A stretch of 64,000 nucleotides of DNA from the human T2T-CHM13v2.0 reference genome, Homo sapiens. Numbering within the stretch: the stretch's first letter is position 1; each line of letters opens with the position of its first letter. The translations under genes and the position numbers were made by a program. Positions 1 through 13,723 of this stretch are shown here, in pieces. The DNA lies in assembly GCF_009914755.1 (NCBI RefSeq), contig NC_060940.1; one strand, 5' to 3'. The notes under the pieces were generated by a model. That model worked only from the letters and a program-made list of their open reading frames with translations, had not been told where the DNA came from and did not search any database.

Positions 1-849
1 ATGAATCTGTTATTCTACTCTGTTTAGCTGACATTGAATGTCTACTTCCTGAAAGGACCTGGAATAATATATTTTCTTTGGATTTGAGAATCCCAGTCCT
101 CTCCTTTGTTATTATATTTCTTCAACTGCTGTTTTTGGATTATACAGGGCACTGTTTGTGAAATGTCACTTATGGGGCTAAATAATAATGCTATCAAGTA
201 AATACACAATAATAGGTATTTATAAAATATAGCTATATAAAATACAGTACATTTTATATGAGAGAGTTGCATCACACAAGCATAGCTTCTCAAGCTAGTA
301 AGATAAAAATCACGTACATGCTGGAGTTAATCCACACAGATTTAACGTTCTGAATCCAACTGCATGCTTGACATGCTGTAGGAGATCAATATATAATCTG
401 TTTTTCACCAACTGTAGAGGTATAGTAAAAAGGCTAGAGAATTGTGTTTTCATATGTAATCTTCTCCATTTTATCTTACAATATATATTACTGTATATGT
501 ATAGGGAAGATGACACAAATCCATATATGTATATTTTAACTTGTGAGTGATTTAATGGATTTTAAAGAGTAATTCTGCCATTTTTAGACTGACTTTAAAA
601 CCTAATTTGTGATTCTGCCACATATCAAAATGCAAACAGTGATCATCTCTGGGTGATTTTTAAGCTTTTAAAATTTGTACTTCCTAAATTGCTATAATCT
701 GTGATTAGAAGAATAAATAAAATAAAAAGTACTGTACTATATTTACATTCTATTAAGTCATACATGGTTCTGTTACATATTACAAAATAAACTCTTCTGA
801 ATAAAAAGAATGTATGGTCATGAACAAGTCAATGATACCAAATAACACC

Positions 850-1830
850 ATGACTACTCAACACTGTAATGAAGGTCCTGGCCAATGCAATAAGACTAAA
901 AAAGAAAGAAGAGATACAATACTTACATAGCAAGAGATCATTTTTATTTTCAAATGAAATAATTATCTATATAGGAAATCCAAGAGAATATGCCAATTAT
1001 TAGAATAAGAAAATAGTCAGATTGATGAATATAAGATCCACATACCAAAATCAATAGCCTCCTTAAATTTCAATAATAGTCATTAGAAAAGTAATAGGAA
1101 AAAAAAATCTCATTCAATAACAATGAAATCTCTAAGTTTTAAAAAATAATCTAGCAAAAGCTGTGTCGGAGTTTTATGAAGATAATGGCAAAACATTACC
1201 AGGGGAAATGTAAAGACAATGTGAATAAATGTTATGGAATGGAAGATTCAACATCACAAATAGTTCCTCAAAAATTAATCTTTAAATAAAATGTAATCAA
1301 ATCAATCAAGAAGTCAACAGAATTTTTTTTGGTCAAATAAGAAAAATTAATTCTAAATTCATGTGAAGGGACAAAGGGACAAGAATAGTCAAGACAATTC
1401 TGAAGACAAAATTACATGGGAAGGTATTTCCCTATCAGATATCAAACATTATTTTAGAGCTAGAATGATTAATACTATGTGGAATCAGTGCACAGACTGA
1501 TAATTAAGGTAAGGCACCAAAATAGAAGGCACAGAAATAGGACCACACACACAGAGAAACTGGATACACACAAACGTGGCATTACAAGTCAGTGGGGAAA
1601 AATACACTACTCATTAAGCATGGGGACAACTGGTTATCCAAGAGAAATGAATTAAACTAGGTTCTTTTGATGCAATACACAAAAATAAAGTTTAGGTACA
1701 TTAAAAGCCTACATATGAAAAGTAAAATTCTAAAACTTTTATGATAAAATACAGGAAAATATCTTTATGACCACAAGATAGATCATTATTACCTAAATAA
1801 GATCGAGAAAAGCTGAGATTGCAAACAAAA
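850..1830 (+). mobile_element. Ancient L1 (L1ME-like) ORF2 remnant
   Basis: Degenerate A-rich L1 ORF2 phrases (gtcctggccaatgcaataagac, ggaagattcaac, gggacaactggttatcc). Confidence 0.7.
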
Positions 1831-2116
1831 TAACCTGTATTCATTCTGTGCACATCTGTAACATTAAGCTAGCTATAATTATCCCTATTCTCTCCCATTT
1901 TGTTTTGTCACATGAGAAGAGCCTACTGAATACCACTGAGTTATCATTACTATTGTGGCAGCTTATACACAATTACATGTAAAAATGTACTAGATTATAA
2001 TTTTAACTGAGCTATATAGCTCATCAAAAACATTATATTATCTTAAAATCAGTTTGCTTGTTTTATTGGAAATATAATCCATGCATTTTAATTTCCCAAA
2101 TTGTAAAAATTAAATA

Positions 2117-2393
2117 CAATTGTCCCTAGGTATACACATGAGATTGGTTCCAGGACCAGCCCCCAGTACCCATACCCAAATCCACACATACTGAAGTCCA
2201 TAGTCAGCCCTTTGGGGTCCGATGCCATAGGAAATATGTACAAGGGTTTGCATCCCACGAATACTATATTTTCCATCTGTGTTTGGTAGTGGATGCAGAA
2301 TCCACAGGTAAGGAGAGCTGACTGTATTTATTGAAAAAATTCCACATAAGTGCATCAGCAGAGTTCAAACTGGTACTTTTCAGTGGTCAACTG
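2117..2393. mobile_element. TcMar-Tigger-derived MITE (MER8/MER2-like)
   Basis: TA|caattgtccct...gtggtcaactg|TA terminal inverted repeats with TA target; internal gattggttccaggacc. Confidence 0.75.
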
Positions 2394-3789
2394 TATAAGA
2401 ATATATTTACAATATGGCAGTGAACACAGTACCTTGAAACTTCAAAAGAAAATTAGATATGACCATTTCAACATGCAATATAGTAGGAACTATTCACGTT
2501 TGGCTACTAAGGAATTGAAATGTGGCTATTCTGAATTCAGATGTGCTTTAGTGTAAACTACAGAGTGGATTTTGAAGAAGTAGTATGTACGCACAAAAAA
2601 TACATACTACAACAACACAACTGTGTTTTGAAGAATATGCTACTAAATTTCTTATTCTGTAAGGAGATGGCTGTGTGTGATATGCCAGCACATACACTTA
2701 TTTCAGCTATTATATTTGGGAGAGACAAGCTTATGTCCCAGTTCAAGCTCAGAATTGCCCATAATCAGAACAAATATCTTGCGCAAACAGATAACCTTTA
2801 AAGTATATCACAAAATTATATATAAAATATAAGGCAGAATAAATTTGTTTCAGCATTAAACCAATTATTTATTCACATATCTACCTGTGTTCCCTCATAC
2901 TCCTATTGTCTAAAGGGGAGATTAAGTTTATATCTGTTCATTGGTCTTGAGGTCTGCTTCCAGTCTTTATTTAAAGCAGTCTTACTTAACGGAGATTACA
3001 AATGGAGATTTTGTGTATAGAAGTGTCAGTGTTTAACATGTTTTCATGTAAATAGAACAGACATAAAGAATAGTGGTGGAGTCGAGGAGAACACAAGTCA
3101 CAGGGGTCTCAGTTGTATCAGAATAATCTGAACAAATATGACCAAAAGTGAAGATTTCTCAGAATGGTGGTGATTTGAAAGGTGATTGGAAGACGCCATT
3201 TACAAATGGAGTTTCTTTCCAGGCACTGGGACTAGGGCTGAGTCAGTCTAGGGCAGGAACAGAAGGGGCGGCTGCTGCTACCTCGCTCCACATTTCAGAT
3301 GGTAGAGCATTATGCACAAGTGTCCATGGTCCAGGCAGTATGCAAGAGAGATGAGAAAGCATGCGAGGCAGGCCGACTTGTTTCTGCTCTTTCTATTCCT
3401 GCCTGGACCAGCAATTTCACTGCTATTCTGTGACAGATCTGTCACACACAGGCTTAGATAAAAAATATTTCTGTATAGAAAAAAAAGTTGTGAAAGTGAT
3501 ATTTTTGAACTTCTAATGCTGTTACTCTAGGGAAAAGCCAGTAGTGGCAATGGGGAGGAAGGGAGAGACTTACCATATGTGAAGGGAAAATAACTCAGCA
3601 ACTGGAGTGGAAATGATTATTATCAGCTAATAGGAATTATGTCAACCTAAATATTACTCACTGACAGCACAGCTATGTACAATTTATGATAAGGGAATAA
3701 CTTAAGCAATGGTGAATACTTATGAAAGACTTGAAATTCTTACATTTCTTCTGCATTCAAAGTTTAACATTCATAAAAAATTAGGAACC

Positions 3790-6680
3790 AAGTTACATTC
3801 TGAATCTTCCTATTTTTTTTTATTTTTGAGTTTAGAGTTTTTTTATATATTGTGAATACAAATCCTTTGTGAATGAGATTTGCAATTATTATTTCTCCTA
3901 GTCTGTGGCTTGTTTTTTCATCCTCTTTGCAATGTCTTTTGTGAAGTAAAGGTCTGAATTTTGATAAAGGTCAACTTATCAGCCTTTCTCTTTCGTTGAC
4001 TGTGTTTCTGGTGTCATGGCTAAGAGCTCTTCAACTAACTCAATCTAGGTCACAAAGACTTTCTATGTCTTCTAAAGGTTTCATCATTTTATGTTTTACA
4101 TTTAAGCTTGTAATCTATTTTGAGTTAGTTTTTGTGTAAGATATGATGTTTAGTCAAGGTTTTTTTTTCCCTGCTAGGGATGCCCAGTTTTTCCAATACC
4201 ATCTGTTATAAAGACTATCTTTTCTCCATTGAAAAAGAGACTACACTTCTCTTAAACACCGTTAGCTGTACTAGTAAGCTGTACTTGTTTGGCAGTCTAA
4301 GTTATTCCACTGATCTATGTGTCTACTGCCTTGCCAATACCACACTGTCTTGATTATTGTAGCTATATAGTAAAATCCTTAACTTAGGGAGTGTGATTTC
4401 TCCAATTTTATATTCTTTTTCAAAACTGATTTAGCTATTTTGGTTCCTTTGTCTTTTCATATAAATTATAGAATCAATTTGTCTGTATCTACAAAAAAAC
4501 TCTACTGCGATTTTGATAGGAATGACAATAACTCTACATATTGAGAGAAATGATATTTTTGGATGTTGAGTCTTCCAGTGCCTGAATATGGTATGTCTCA
4601 CCAATGGTCTTCTTTGATTTCTTTCATCAGCATTTTGGAGTTAATGACATATAGATACTTAATATGTTTCATTTATACTTAAGTATTTTGTTTCTTAATG
4701 CTGCTTTAAATTGGATTGTATTGATTTCTATTTCTAGTTGTTCATTGCTAATATATAGAAATAAGAGTGATTCTTGTGTATTGATCTTGTATCCTGCCAC
4801 TATCTTAAATTCACTTAATAGTTACATGAGGTTTTTTTTCCCTAATTCTTTCAAATTTTCTACACCAACAATCATGTCACCTCAATAGGGGAAGTCTGAC
4901 CTCTTTCTTTACAATTTGTATGTCTTTTATTTCTTATTCTTGCTTTACTGCACTGGGTAAGACTTCCAGTACTAGGTTCAATGGGAGTAGAGAGAGAACA
5001 CAAACTTGCCTTATTCTCAGTATTAGAGAAAAGCATTACTTTTACTTTCACCATTAATTATAAGGTTGGCTGTAGATTTTTTTATAATTCTTTATCAAGT
5101 TGATGACGTTCCCTTGTATTCCCATATTTCTGAGAGGTTTTATCATGAATGCATTGAATTTTGTTAAATGATTTTTCTACATGAACTGATATGCTTATTC
5201 CTTTATTTAAAATAGTAAATGGAGGAATAAAATGATTTTTAAATATTAAATAACTGTACATCCCTGGAATAAAGCCCACTTGGTTGTGGTGTATTATTTT
5301 TGATATATTGCTGGGATTCTTTGGTATAATGGGAAATATATATTTGGTCTTGGTCCCCAGTTCCTGGCATGGAGCTCCTAAATGGAATTTCCTGAGCAAT
5401 AGGAGCATCTTTTGTTACTCATAACAGGCCCTTCCAATTATCTGAGTTTATGCTAATGAGATGAGCTATCTCATCTATCTTGAGTTTATGCTAAGGCCCT
5501 TAGATAGCTTCAGGATGAGGCCTTTCACCAGAAACAACAATCTTTGATCAGAGGGTTGGAACTTTCAGTCTCACCCCCTAATCGTCCCAGAAAAGAGAGG
5601 AGGAGCAGCTTGAGTCCAACGACCAATGGCCAATGACTGAATCAATCATGCCTACGTAATGAAGCCTCCCTAAAAACCTCTAAACGACAGGATTTGGTGA
5701 ATACATCCAGTTGTGAGGGTGGGACACTCTAACTCCATGGGGACAAAAAAGGCCATGCTTGTGACCCTTGTGACCTTACCCTAATGTACCTCTTCATTTT
5801 GCTGTTCACTTGCTTCTTTTAGAATAAACTACAATAGAATGTATAGCATTTTCCAGAGTTTGGTGAGTCTTACTAGCACATTATTGAACATGGGGAGGAA
5901 TGAGGACTCCTGAATTTGTAGCCAAGTTGGAGAGAAATCTGGGTATCCTGGGGACTGGAGCTTGAGATCGGGATATGAAGTCAAGGCAGTCTTGTGGAAC
6001 AGAATCCTTAACAAATGTAGAGTTGCACACTTACTCTGGGAATTTGGTGTCAGTGGCTTGGATCACTGGGCACACAAGTGGTACTGGAGAATCAGAGATT
6101 CAATGTGCTAATTTGTTGTTGGGTAATTTTTCATCTCTGTTCATGAAGTATTAGTCTGTAGTTTTCTTTTTTTGTACTGTTTTTGCCTGGTTTGGCATTA
6201 AGGTTAACATCAGCCTCCTAAATTTAGTTGAATTGAGAAGTGTCCCTTAGTCTTCTATTTTCTGGAAGAGCTTATGTAGAACTGGAATTATTTAAAGGTT
6301 TCGTAGAATTTGTTAGTGAAACTATCTGGGCCTGGAGATTTCTTTTTCAGAAGGTTGTGGTTAAAGTTTTAATCTCTTTAATAGTTATACAATGGTTCCT
6401 ATGATCTATTTCACTTTGAATGAATTTTGATAGTGTGTGGTTTTCAAGGAATTGTTAAATTAAGTCAAAGTTGTCAATTTATGCATGGAGGGTTGTTCAT
6501 TGCAACAACACTAATCCTTTAAGCATCTGAACATCTGTAGTAAAATCTTCTGTTTCATTTTTGTTATTGTTTAAAAACTAACAATCCTCTCTTTTTTTTT
6601 GTCAGTCTTGTTAGAGGTTTAACGATTTTGTTGATATTTTCCAAAAACCAGCTTTTGATTTGCCTTTGTTATTTTTCTGT
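3790..6680 (-). mobile_element. Old L1M ORF2 fragment, interrupted by a MER21 LTR
   Basis: T-rich reverse L1. ORF 5082..5408 contains L1-like IIHHNQVGFIPGM and EKSFNKIQ. Confidence 0.8.
5325..6100 (+). mobile_element. MER21C-like solo LTR
   Basis: Starts ...gggaaatatatatttggtcttggtccccagttcctggc; has gagtttatgctaatgag; AATAAA at ~5823. Confidence 0.75.
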
Positions 6681-6684
6681 TTTT

Positions 6685-8295
6685 ACTATTTATTTATTTT
6701 TATAGATTTAAGGGCTACAAGTGCAGTTTTGTTACATGGACATATTATGTAGTGATGAAGTCTGGGCTTTTAGTATACAATAGTATATACTGTACTCATT
6801 AAATAATTTCTCATCCCTCACATCCCCTCAGCTTCATGGGTACAATATATACTATTTGTATACATAGTTAATAGTTATACAATGTAATAATTTCTCATCC
6901 CTCACATCCCCTCAGCCTCATGGGTACAATATATCCTATTGTACCCACGTACAGTACAGTAGTATATATTGTACCCATGAGGCTGAGCGGGTATGAGGGA
7001 TGAGAAATTACTACATTGGTACAATATATACTACTGTACCCATGAGTTGTACCCATTAAGTAATTTCTCATCCCTTACACCCCCTCAGCCTTGCGAGTCT
7101 TCACTATTACTCCATCCTCTATGTCCATGTGTACATATTATTTAGCTTGTATTCACAAGTGAGAACATGCAGTATTTGACTTTGTTTCTGAGTTATTTCA
7201 CTTAAGACAGTTCCAGCCATGTTGCTGCAAAAGACACGATTTCATTCTTTTTTATAGATGAGTCGTATTCCATGGTGTATATGTATATGATATATATATT
7301 TTTTTATCCAATCATCTGTTGATGGGGAACTTAGGTTGATTCCATAGCTTTGCTACTATGAATAGTGCTGCAAAAAACATATGAGTACAGGTATCCTTTT
7401 GGTATAATGATTTCTTTGCCTTTGGTTAAGTACCCAGTAGTAGGATTGCTACGTCAAATGGTAATTCTATTTTTAGTTCTTTGAGGAATCTCCATACTGT
7501 TTTCCACAGAGGTTGTATTAATTTTCATTCCCAATGACAGCAAATAAGTGGCCCCTTTTCTCCACATCCTCGCCAACATGTTGTTTTTTGACTTAACAGC
7601 TGTTCTGACTGGTGAAAGATGGTATATTTCATTGTGGTTTTAATTCTTATTTCTCTGATGACTAGTAATGTTGAATATTTTTTCATGCTTGTCAGTCACT
7701 TGTATGTCTTTGTCTGAAAAATGTTTGTTCATGTCCTTTGCCCAGTTTTTAATGGGGTTGCTTTTTTTTCTTGCTGAGTTGAATTCCTTGTAGATTCTGG
7801 ATATTAACCCTTTGTCAGATGTTCAGTTTGCAAATATTTTCTCCCATTCTGTAGGCTGTCTGCTTACTCTGTTCATTATTTATTTTGCTATGTAGATAAG
7901 CCTTTTAGTTTAATTGAGTTCCATGTATCTATTTTTGTTTTTATTGTGTTTGCTTTTGAGGACTTATTCATAAAGTCTCCCTAGGCCAATGTCTAGAAGA
8001 GTTTTTCCTAGGTTTTCTTCCAGGATTTTTATAGTTTCAGGTCTTACATTTAAGATTTTAATCCACCTTGAGTTAATTTTTGTATATGGTGAGAGACAGG
8101 GGTCCAGTTTAATTTTTCTGCATATGGCTAGCCAATTTTCCCAGCATCATTCTTTGAAGAGACTGTCCTCTCCCCATTGTGTATTTTTGTCAACTTTGTT
8201 GAATATTAGTTGGTTGAAGGTATGTGGGTTTGCTTCTGGGTTCTCCATTCTGTCCCATTGATCTGTGTGTCTATTTTTATAGCAATACCATGCCA
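6685..8295 (-). mobile_element. L1MA (L1MA2/3-like) 3' portion, 5'-truncated
   Basis: T-rich tail then L1MA 3'UTR (tacaagtgcagttttgttacatgg). ORF 8147..8416 has the ORF2 motif WYCYKNRHTDQW...LIFNK. Confidence 0.85.
6804..7091. repeat. Local direct plus inverted repeat cluster with ~58-bp hairpin arms
   Basis: taatttctcatccctcacatcccctcagc-like unit at ~6804, ~6888 and ~7061 (direct) and ~6981-7010 (inverted). Confidence 0.9.
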
Positions 8296-8625
8296 GCTCC
8301 TTATAATAAATCCTGTCTCTGTCCATTCTATTGGTTTTGTTTCTCTGCAGAACCCTGACTAAAACCAATATGCTACACTGTGAAATTTGAAGACAGAGGA
8401 TGGGGCCATGAGCCAAGGAATGCTGGTATTCTTAAGAAGCTGGAAAAGGCAGGGAAACAAGTTCTCCCCTAAGCCTCCAGAAGAACAAGTGGTGCTAACA
8501 CTTCGACTTTAGCCCAGTGAAACTTATTTCAGACTTCTGACTTCAGAATATAATAAATCTGTGTTTTCCTAAAAGACATTATATTTGTGGCAATTTGTTA
8601 CTATGGCAATAGGAAACTAATACAC
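8296..8625 (+). mobile_element. ERVL/MaLR LTR 3' fragments (MLT2-like then MLT1C/D-like)
   Basis: gagaaccctgactaa-type MLT2 end; gccaaggaatgc...gaagctggaaaaggc...caataggaaactaataca MLT1 end. Confidence 0.7.
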
Positions 8626-8684
8626 AAACCAGGTTCACTCTTGGTACCTTTCTACAATATTGTGTCAGTCAACATTTGAAGCTC

Positions 8685-9110
8685 ACAAATGGATAAATAA
8701 AATGTGGTATATCCATGCTGTGGAAAATTACTTGGCAATAAAAAGACATGCAGAACTGATATATCTGATATTAAGGGTAAATCTTGAAAACACTATGCTA
8801 AGTGAAAGAAGCCAATTATGAAGGATCATGAATTATAATGATTCAATTTTAGTCAAATGACTACAATAGGCAAATCTGTAGAGACAGAAAATGGATTTGT
8901 GGCTGTCTATGGCTTGGGAGGTGATGGCTTAGAAGTGTGAGGTTTTCTTTTTGGGGTAACAGAAATGTTTTAAAACTGACTGTGGCAATGGATGCACACC
9001 TCTGTGGATATACCAAAAGCCATTAGATTGTACACTTTCAACATGTGAATTTTATGATATGTGTATTTACCTCCACAAAGTTGTTAAACAATTATACATT
9101 TATAAAAACA
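8685..9110 (+). mobile_element. Old L1MB/ME 3' end
   Basis: aatggataaataaaatgtggtatatccatg...atgctaagtgaaagaagcc...ggcaaatctgtagagacagaaa. Confidence 0.75.
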
Positions 9111-9859
9111 TTAATGAAGCAGAATAAAAGTACACAAAAATTCTAGGAAAAAAAGAGCACCAATAAGATATAACATATTTCTATAGTCAAGAATATATGC
9201 AACTTATTTAAATAGATATTGTGTTCATTATATAGTAGCCTTACAAAACGCGTTCCTCACACTCACAAGTGTTTTAATGTTCATAGATGAAACTCAGTTT
9301 AATTTATCCTGTTTTGCAGTTATAATATACAGTGTAGCCATCATCTAAACAGTGATAGATGTTTTAATACATCTATAAACACAATAAATACAATCCAAAC
9401 AGCTATTTCATTACATTCTTTAGCTACCTGTCAGATTAATGCATAATGGGTCAAGTCAACTATGCTCACCTTCCCCACAACCACCCCCATTAAAATTGTT
9501 TTCTGTGCTCCTTAGAGAGTCAAGAGAAGAATGAATGTGCTATTTTTGAAATGTATCTTTAAAAAAATTCATGTGCTTGGAATAATTCATGGAAGAATAA
9601 CTGTTTCTGAATCTTCAAAAAACAAAATGTCCTCAAATAAGTATTCTTAAGTTTGTACATGAAAACCCAAAGCTTGTATAATTTTCTTGAATCACACATA
9701 TATTTAATTAGAATTTATGGTGTAATATTTATTCTGAAGGAATGAAAACATTTGAAAAACTGAAGCTATCATGTTATAGAAACTTACATAGAACAACATC
9801 AGAATTACTCTACACATGTCAAGTATTATTGTTATTATGGTGGTATTATACATATTAGT

Positions 9860-10588
9860 TTTCTTCCACCATTCCTGGCTCAAAACTCCCATAGCCCTCG
9901 TTACAGTCTTTTGTTGTAATGTTGGGTGTGTTAGGCCTCAGAGGCAGGCCTCTGACCTTCTCCTGCACTCCGTTCACGCTAATGTTCCTTTCTGATCCTG
10001 GGTCTTAAGACACTCCCATGAGAGAGTCCCACCCTATACCCTGGGGGAAGAATGCTGATGCAATGAAGCTTCCATAAAAACCCAAAAGGAAAGGGTTCAG
10101 TAAACATCCGAGCTGAACAAGTGGAGATTGCTGGAGGGGGTTGTGCCCAGGGAGGGCTTAGAAGCTCTGAGCCCCTGCCCCGTACCTCACCCTATGCCTC
10201 TCTTCATCTATATCTTTTATAATAAACCTGTCAATATAAGTAAGTGCTTCTCTGAGTTCTGTAAGCCACTCCAGCAAATTAACTCATACCAAAGGAGGGG
10301 GTCATGGGAACCCCAACCTGACGCTGGTTGGACAGAAATTTCAGAGGCCTGGGCTTGCAACTAGTGTGTATGTGGCAGTGGTCTTGGGGATTGAGCCCTT
10401 AACCTGTTGGATCTGACACTATCTCCAGGAGTGTTGGAACTGAATTAGAGGACACCCAGCTGGTGTCTGCTGCTTTGTGTGTGGGGACAAAAACTCCACA
10501 CATATGGTCACCCAAGTCTTCTATGTTAGTAACTATTGTGGTGTGAGAGTAGAGGAAAAACATAGGCAGAGAGAGTTTTTCCTACACA
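9860..10588 (+). mobile_element. MER21A-like solo LTR
   Basis: ttcctggctcaaaactcccatagccc...gaagcttccataaaaacccaaa...AATAAA...ends cctacaca. Confidence 0.75.
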
Positions 10589-10894
10589 ATTATATTACAT
10601 AAGAGCTGTAGAAAACAGTAGTAGTCAATTCAAAGAATTTTGTAAACACGCGTTATAATAATATTGCTTATAATTCTTTCATGTACCCTCTGCCTCTGAT
10701 CATCTGTGCCTTGGCAAGTGTTGCTCTCCCTGAAACTCACCCCCACACTTACCCACTGCTAAATTATTTGTAATTCCTTTGACACTCAGTGTAAGTACCA
10801 CTTTCTCCCAAAAGCCTTTCCTGACACTCCTCCACATGGCAGACTACAAAGGGAAGGAGCTCAGTATAGGGAGATGGAAGTAACATCACTGCTT

Positions 10895-11588
<694 letters not shown>

Positions 11589-12077
11589 TGCTTATATACT
11601 ATGTGCTAGGTGCTGAGCTTTGATACATTATACAGTTTAATTCCTCCAGTCTTATGAGGTATGGATTACTATCCCTATTGTATTCATGAGATAGGCAAGG
11701 CTGAGAGAGGTTAAAAAACTCACTGAACATCTCACATTTAATATGTGGTAAACTTACAAAATCTATATTCTTTCACTTAATCACAACTTCCTCTCAGGTA
11801 GTTCACATTCAAGGAATGTTAAGATAATAAATTTGTTCAAAAGTTTGGCTTTTTGAGGCAAGCAAGACCTACATCAATTGCTAGCTGCATTTGTAAGATA
11901 AAGCTGAAGATCAGATGTATCAGAGCTAATGCAAGGACACTTGGTTAAGAAATGATGCTGCAACTAGACCCGAAGACCATTCTAACTCTGTACACCATAC
12001 AGAGAAATGCTGTCCAGAATAACGTTGTGTTAACAGAAATGTTCTCTATTTAAATATATATATATTTACATATAATT

Positions 12078-12527
12078 TTTTCTTAAATTAGAGGTGGGGA
12101 TCTTGCTCTATTGCCCGGACTGGTCTTGAACTCTTGGCTTTAAGTGATTCTCATGCCCTGGCCTCCCAAAGGGGGATTACAAGCGTGAGCCACCAAGCCC
12201 AGCTGCTGCAAGACCAACTGCTCTATTTTTTTTTCTTTCTTTCTGAGGCAGGGGCTTGTTCTGTCACCCAGGCAGGAGTGCAGTGGCACAAACACAGCTC
12301 ACTGCAGCCTTGACCTCCTGGGCTCAAGCGATCCTCCTGCCTTAACCTCCTGAGTAGCTGGGACCACAGGCACCTGCCACTATGTCTGGCTATTATAAAA
12401 TTTTTTTTTGTAGAGACAGGGCCTCACTATGTTATCCAGGCTGGTCTTGAACTCCTGGGCTCAAGCAATTCCCTCACCTCAGCCTCCCAAAGTGCTGTGA
12501 CTACAGGTGTGTGCCACCATACCAGGG
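12078..12527 (-). mobile_element. Alu left-monomer fragment (~12078-12203) plus AluJ (~12226-12527)
   Basis: Reverse Alu sequence with J-type features (ctcaagcgatcctcctgcc). Confidence 0.85.
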
Positions 12528-13436
12528 TTGTCTGTTTTTGATTCTGGCCATCCTAGTGAGTGTGAAGTGGTATCTAATTGTGGTTTTGTTTTGAATTTCA
12601 CGAATGACTAATGATGTTAAGCAAATTTTTATGTGCCTTTTTATCCTATGCATATCTTCTTTGGAAAAATGTCTATTCACAGTTTAAGGTGAAAAGTGAG
12701 CATTAACCTCTTCTGTTAGAAAGCATGGCAAGAATAAATATCTCAATTTACTCAATTATCTTCTGCCTTATACAGTGTTATCCACATATAAGAACTTCAA
12801 CTGCTGACATTACTTTCTCCAGGAAGTCTTCCTAGTTGCATCCTGTAGACTAGGAGAAATGGTCCTGCTGTACATTTTTATTTTTATTTTTTTGAGAAAG
12901 AGTCTATTAACCAACCCTTGGCGTTCACCTATTCCACAATAACCTCTATCTTAAGTAACAACTATTCTACTCTCTACTTCTGAGATAAACTATTTTAGCT
13001 TCCACATGAATGAGAATGTGGTTATTCACCTTTCTGTACTTGGATTATTTCACTTAATATAAAGTCCTCCAAGCTCATCATGCTGTTATGAATGACAACA
13101 TTTCCACTCTTAATGGCTAAATATTTTCCACTGTGTTTATATACCACATTGCAAAAATCAATTCATCTCTTGATGAATAGTTAGGTTCATTTAATATCTT
13201 GGTTATTGTGAACAGAGCTGCAATAAACATGGGGGTACAGGTATCCTTTTGATTTCCTTTCCTTGGGATACTCAGTGGCAGGACTGCTGGAACGTATGGC
13301 AGGTATGATAGTTCTATTTTTTATATTTTTTGAGCAACCTCCACCCTGTTTTCCGTAATGGCTGTACTAATTTACTTTCCCACCATCAATGTATAAGAGT
13401 TTCCCATTCTCTGCATCCTCAACAGCATTTACTTTT

Positions 13437-13723
13437 GGTTTTCTTTTTTTTTTGAGACAAAGTCTCGCTCTGTCGCTTAGACCAAAGGCCAAGGTAGGAA
13501 GATTACTTGAGCTCAGGAGTTCGAGACTAGCCTGGTTAACATGGTGAAACCCCGTCTCCACCAGAAACACAAAAACTAGCCAGCGTGGTGGTGCACACCT
13601 GTAGTCCCAGCTACTTGGGGCTGAGGCACGAGAATCGCTTGAACCCAAGAAGTGGAGGTTGCAGCGAGTCGAGATTGCACCACTGCACTCCAGCCTGGGT
13701 AACAGTGCGAGACTCTTAAAAAA
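13437..13723. mobile_element. Chimeric inverted Alu: minus-strand 3' stub (~13437-13480) fused to a plus-strand Alu lacking its first ~50 nt (~13484-13723)
   Basis: ttttttgagacaaagtctcgctctgtcgc directly followed by aggccaaggtaggaagattacttgagctcaggagttcgagac...gcgagactcttaaaaaa. Confidence 0.85.

Noticed and set aside
3148-3460. GC-elevated unique patch and 68-aa ORF as a possible extra exon
   Set aside because: No recognisable ITFG1 peptide or convincing splice pair. It might be regulatory, but I cannot support that from sequence.
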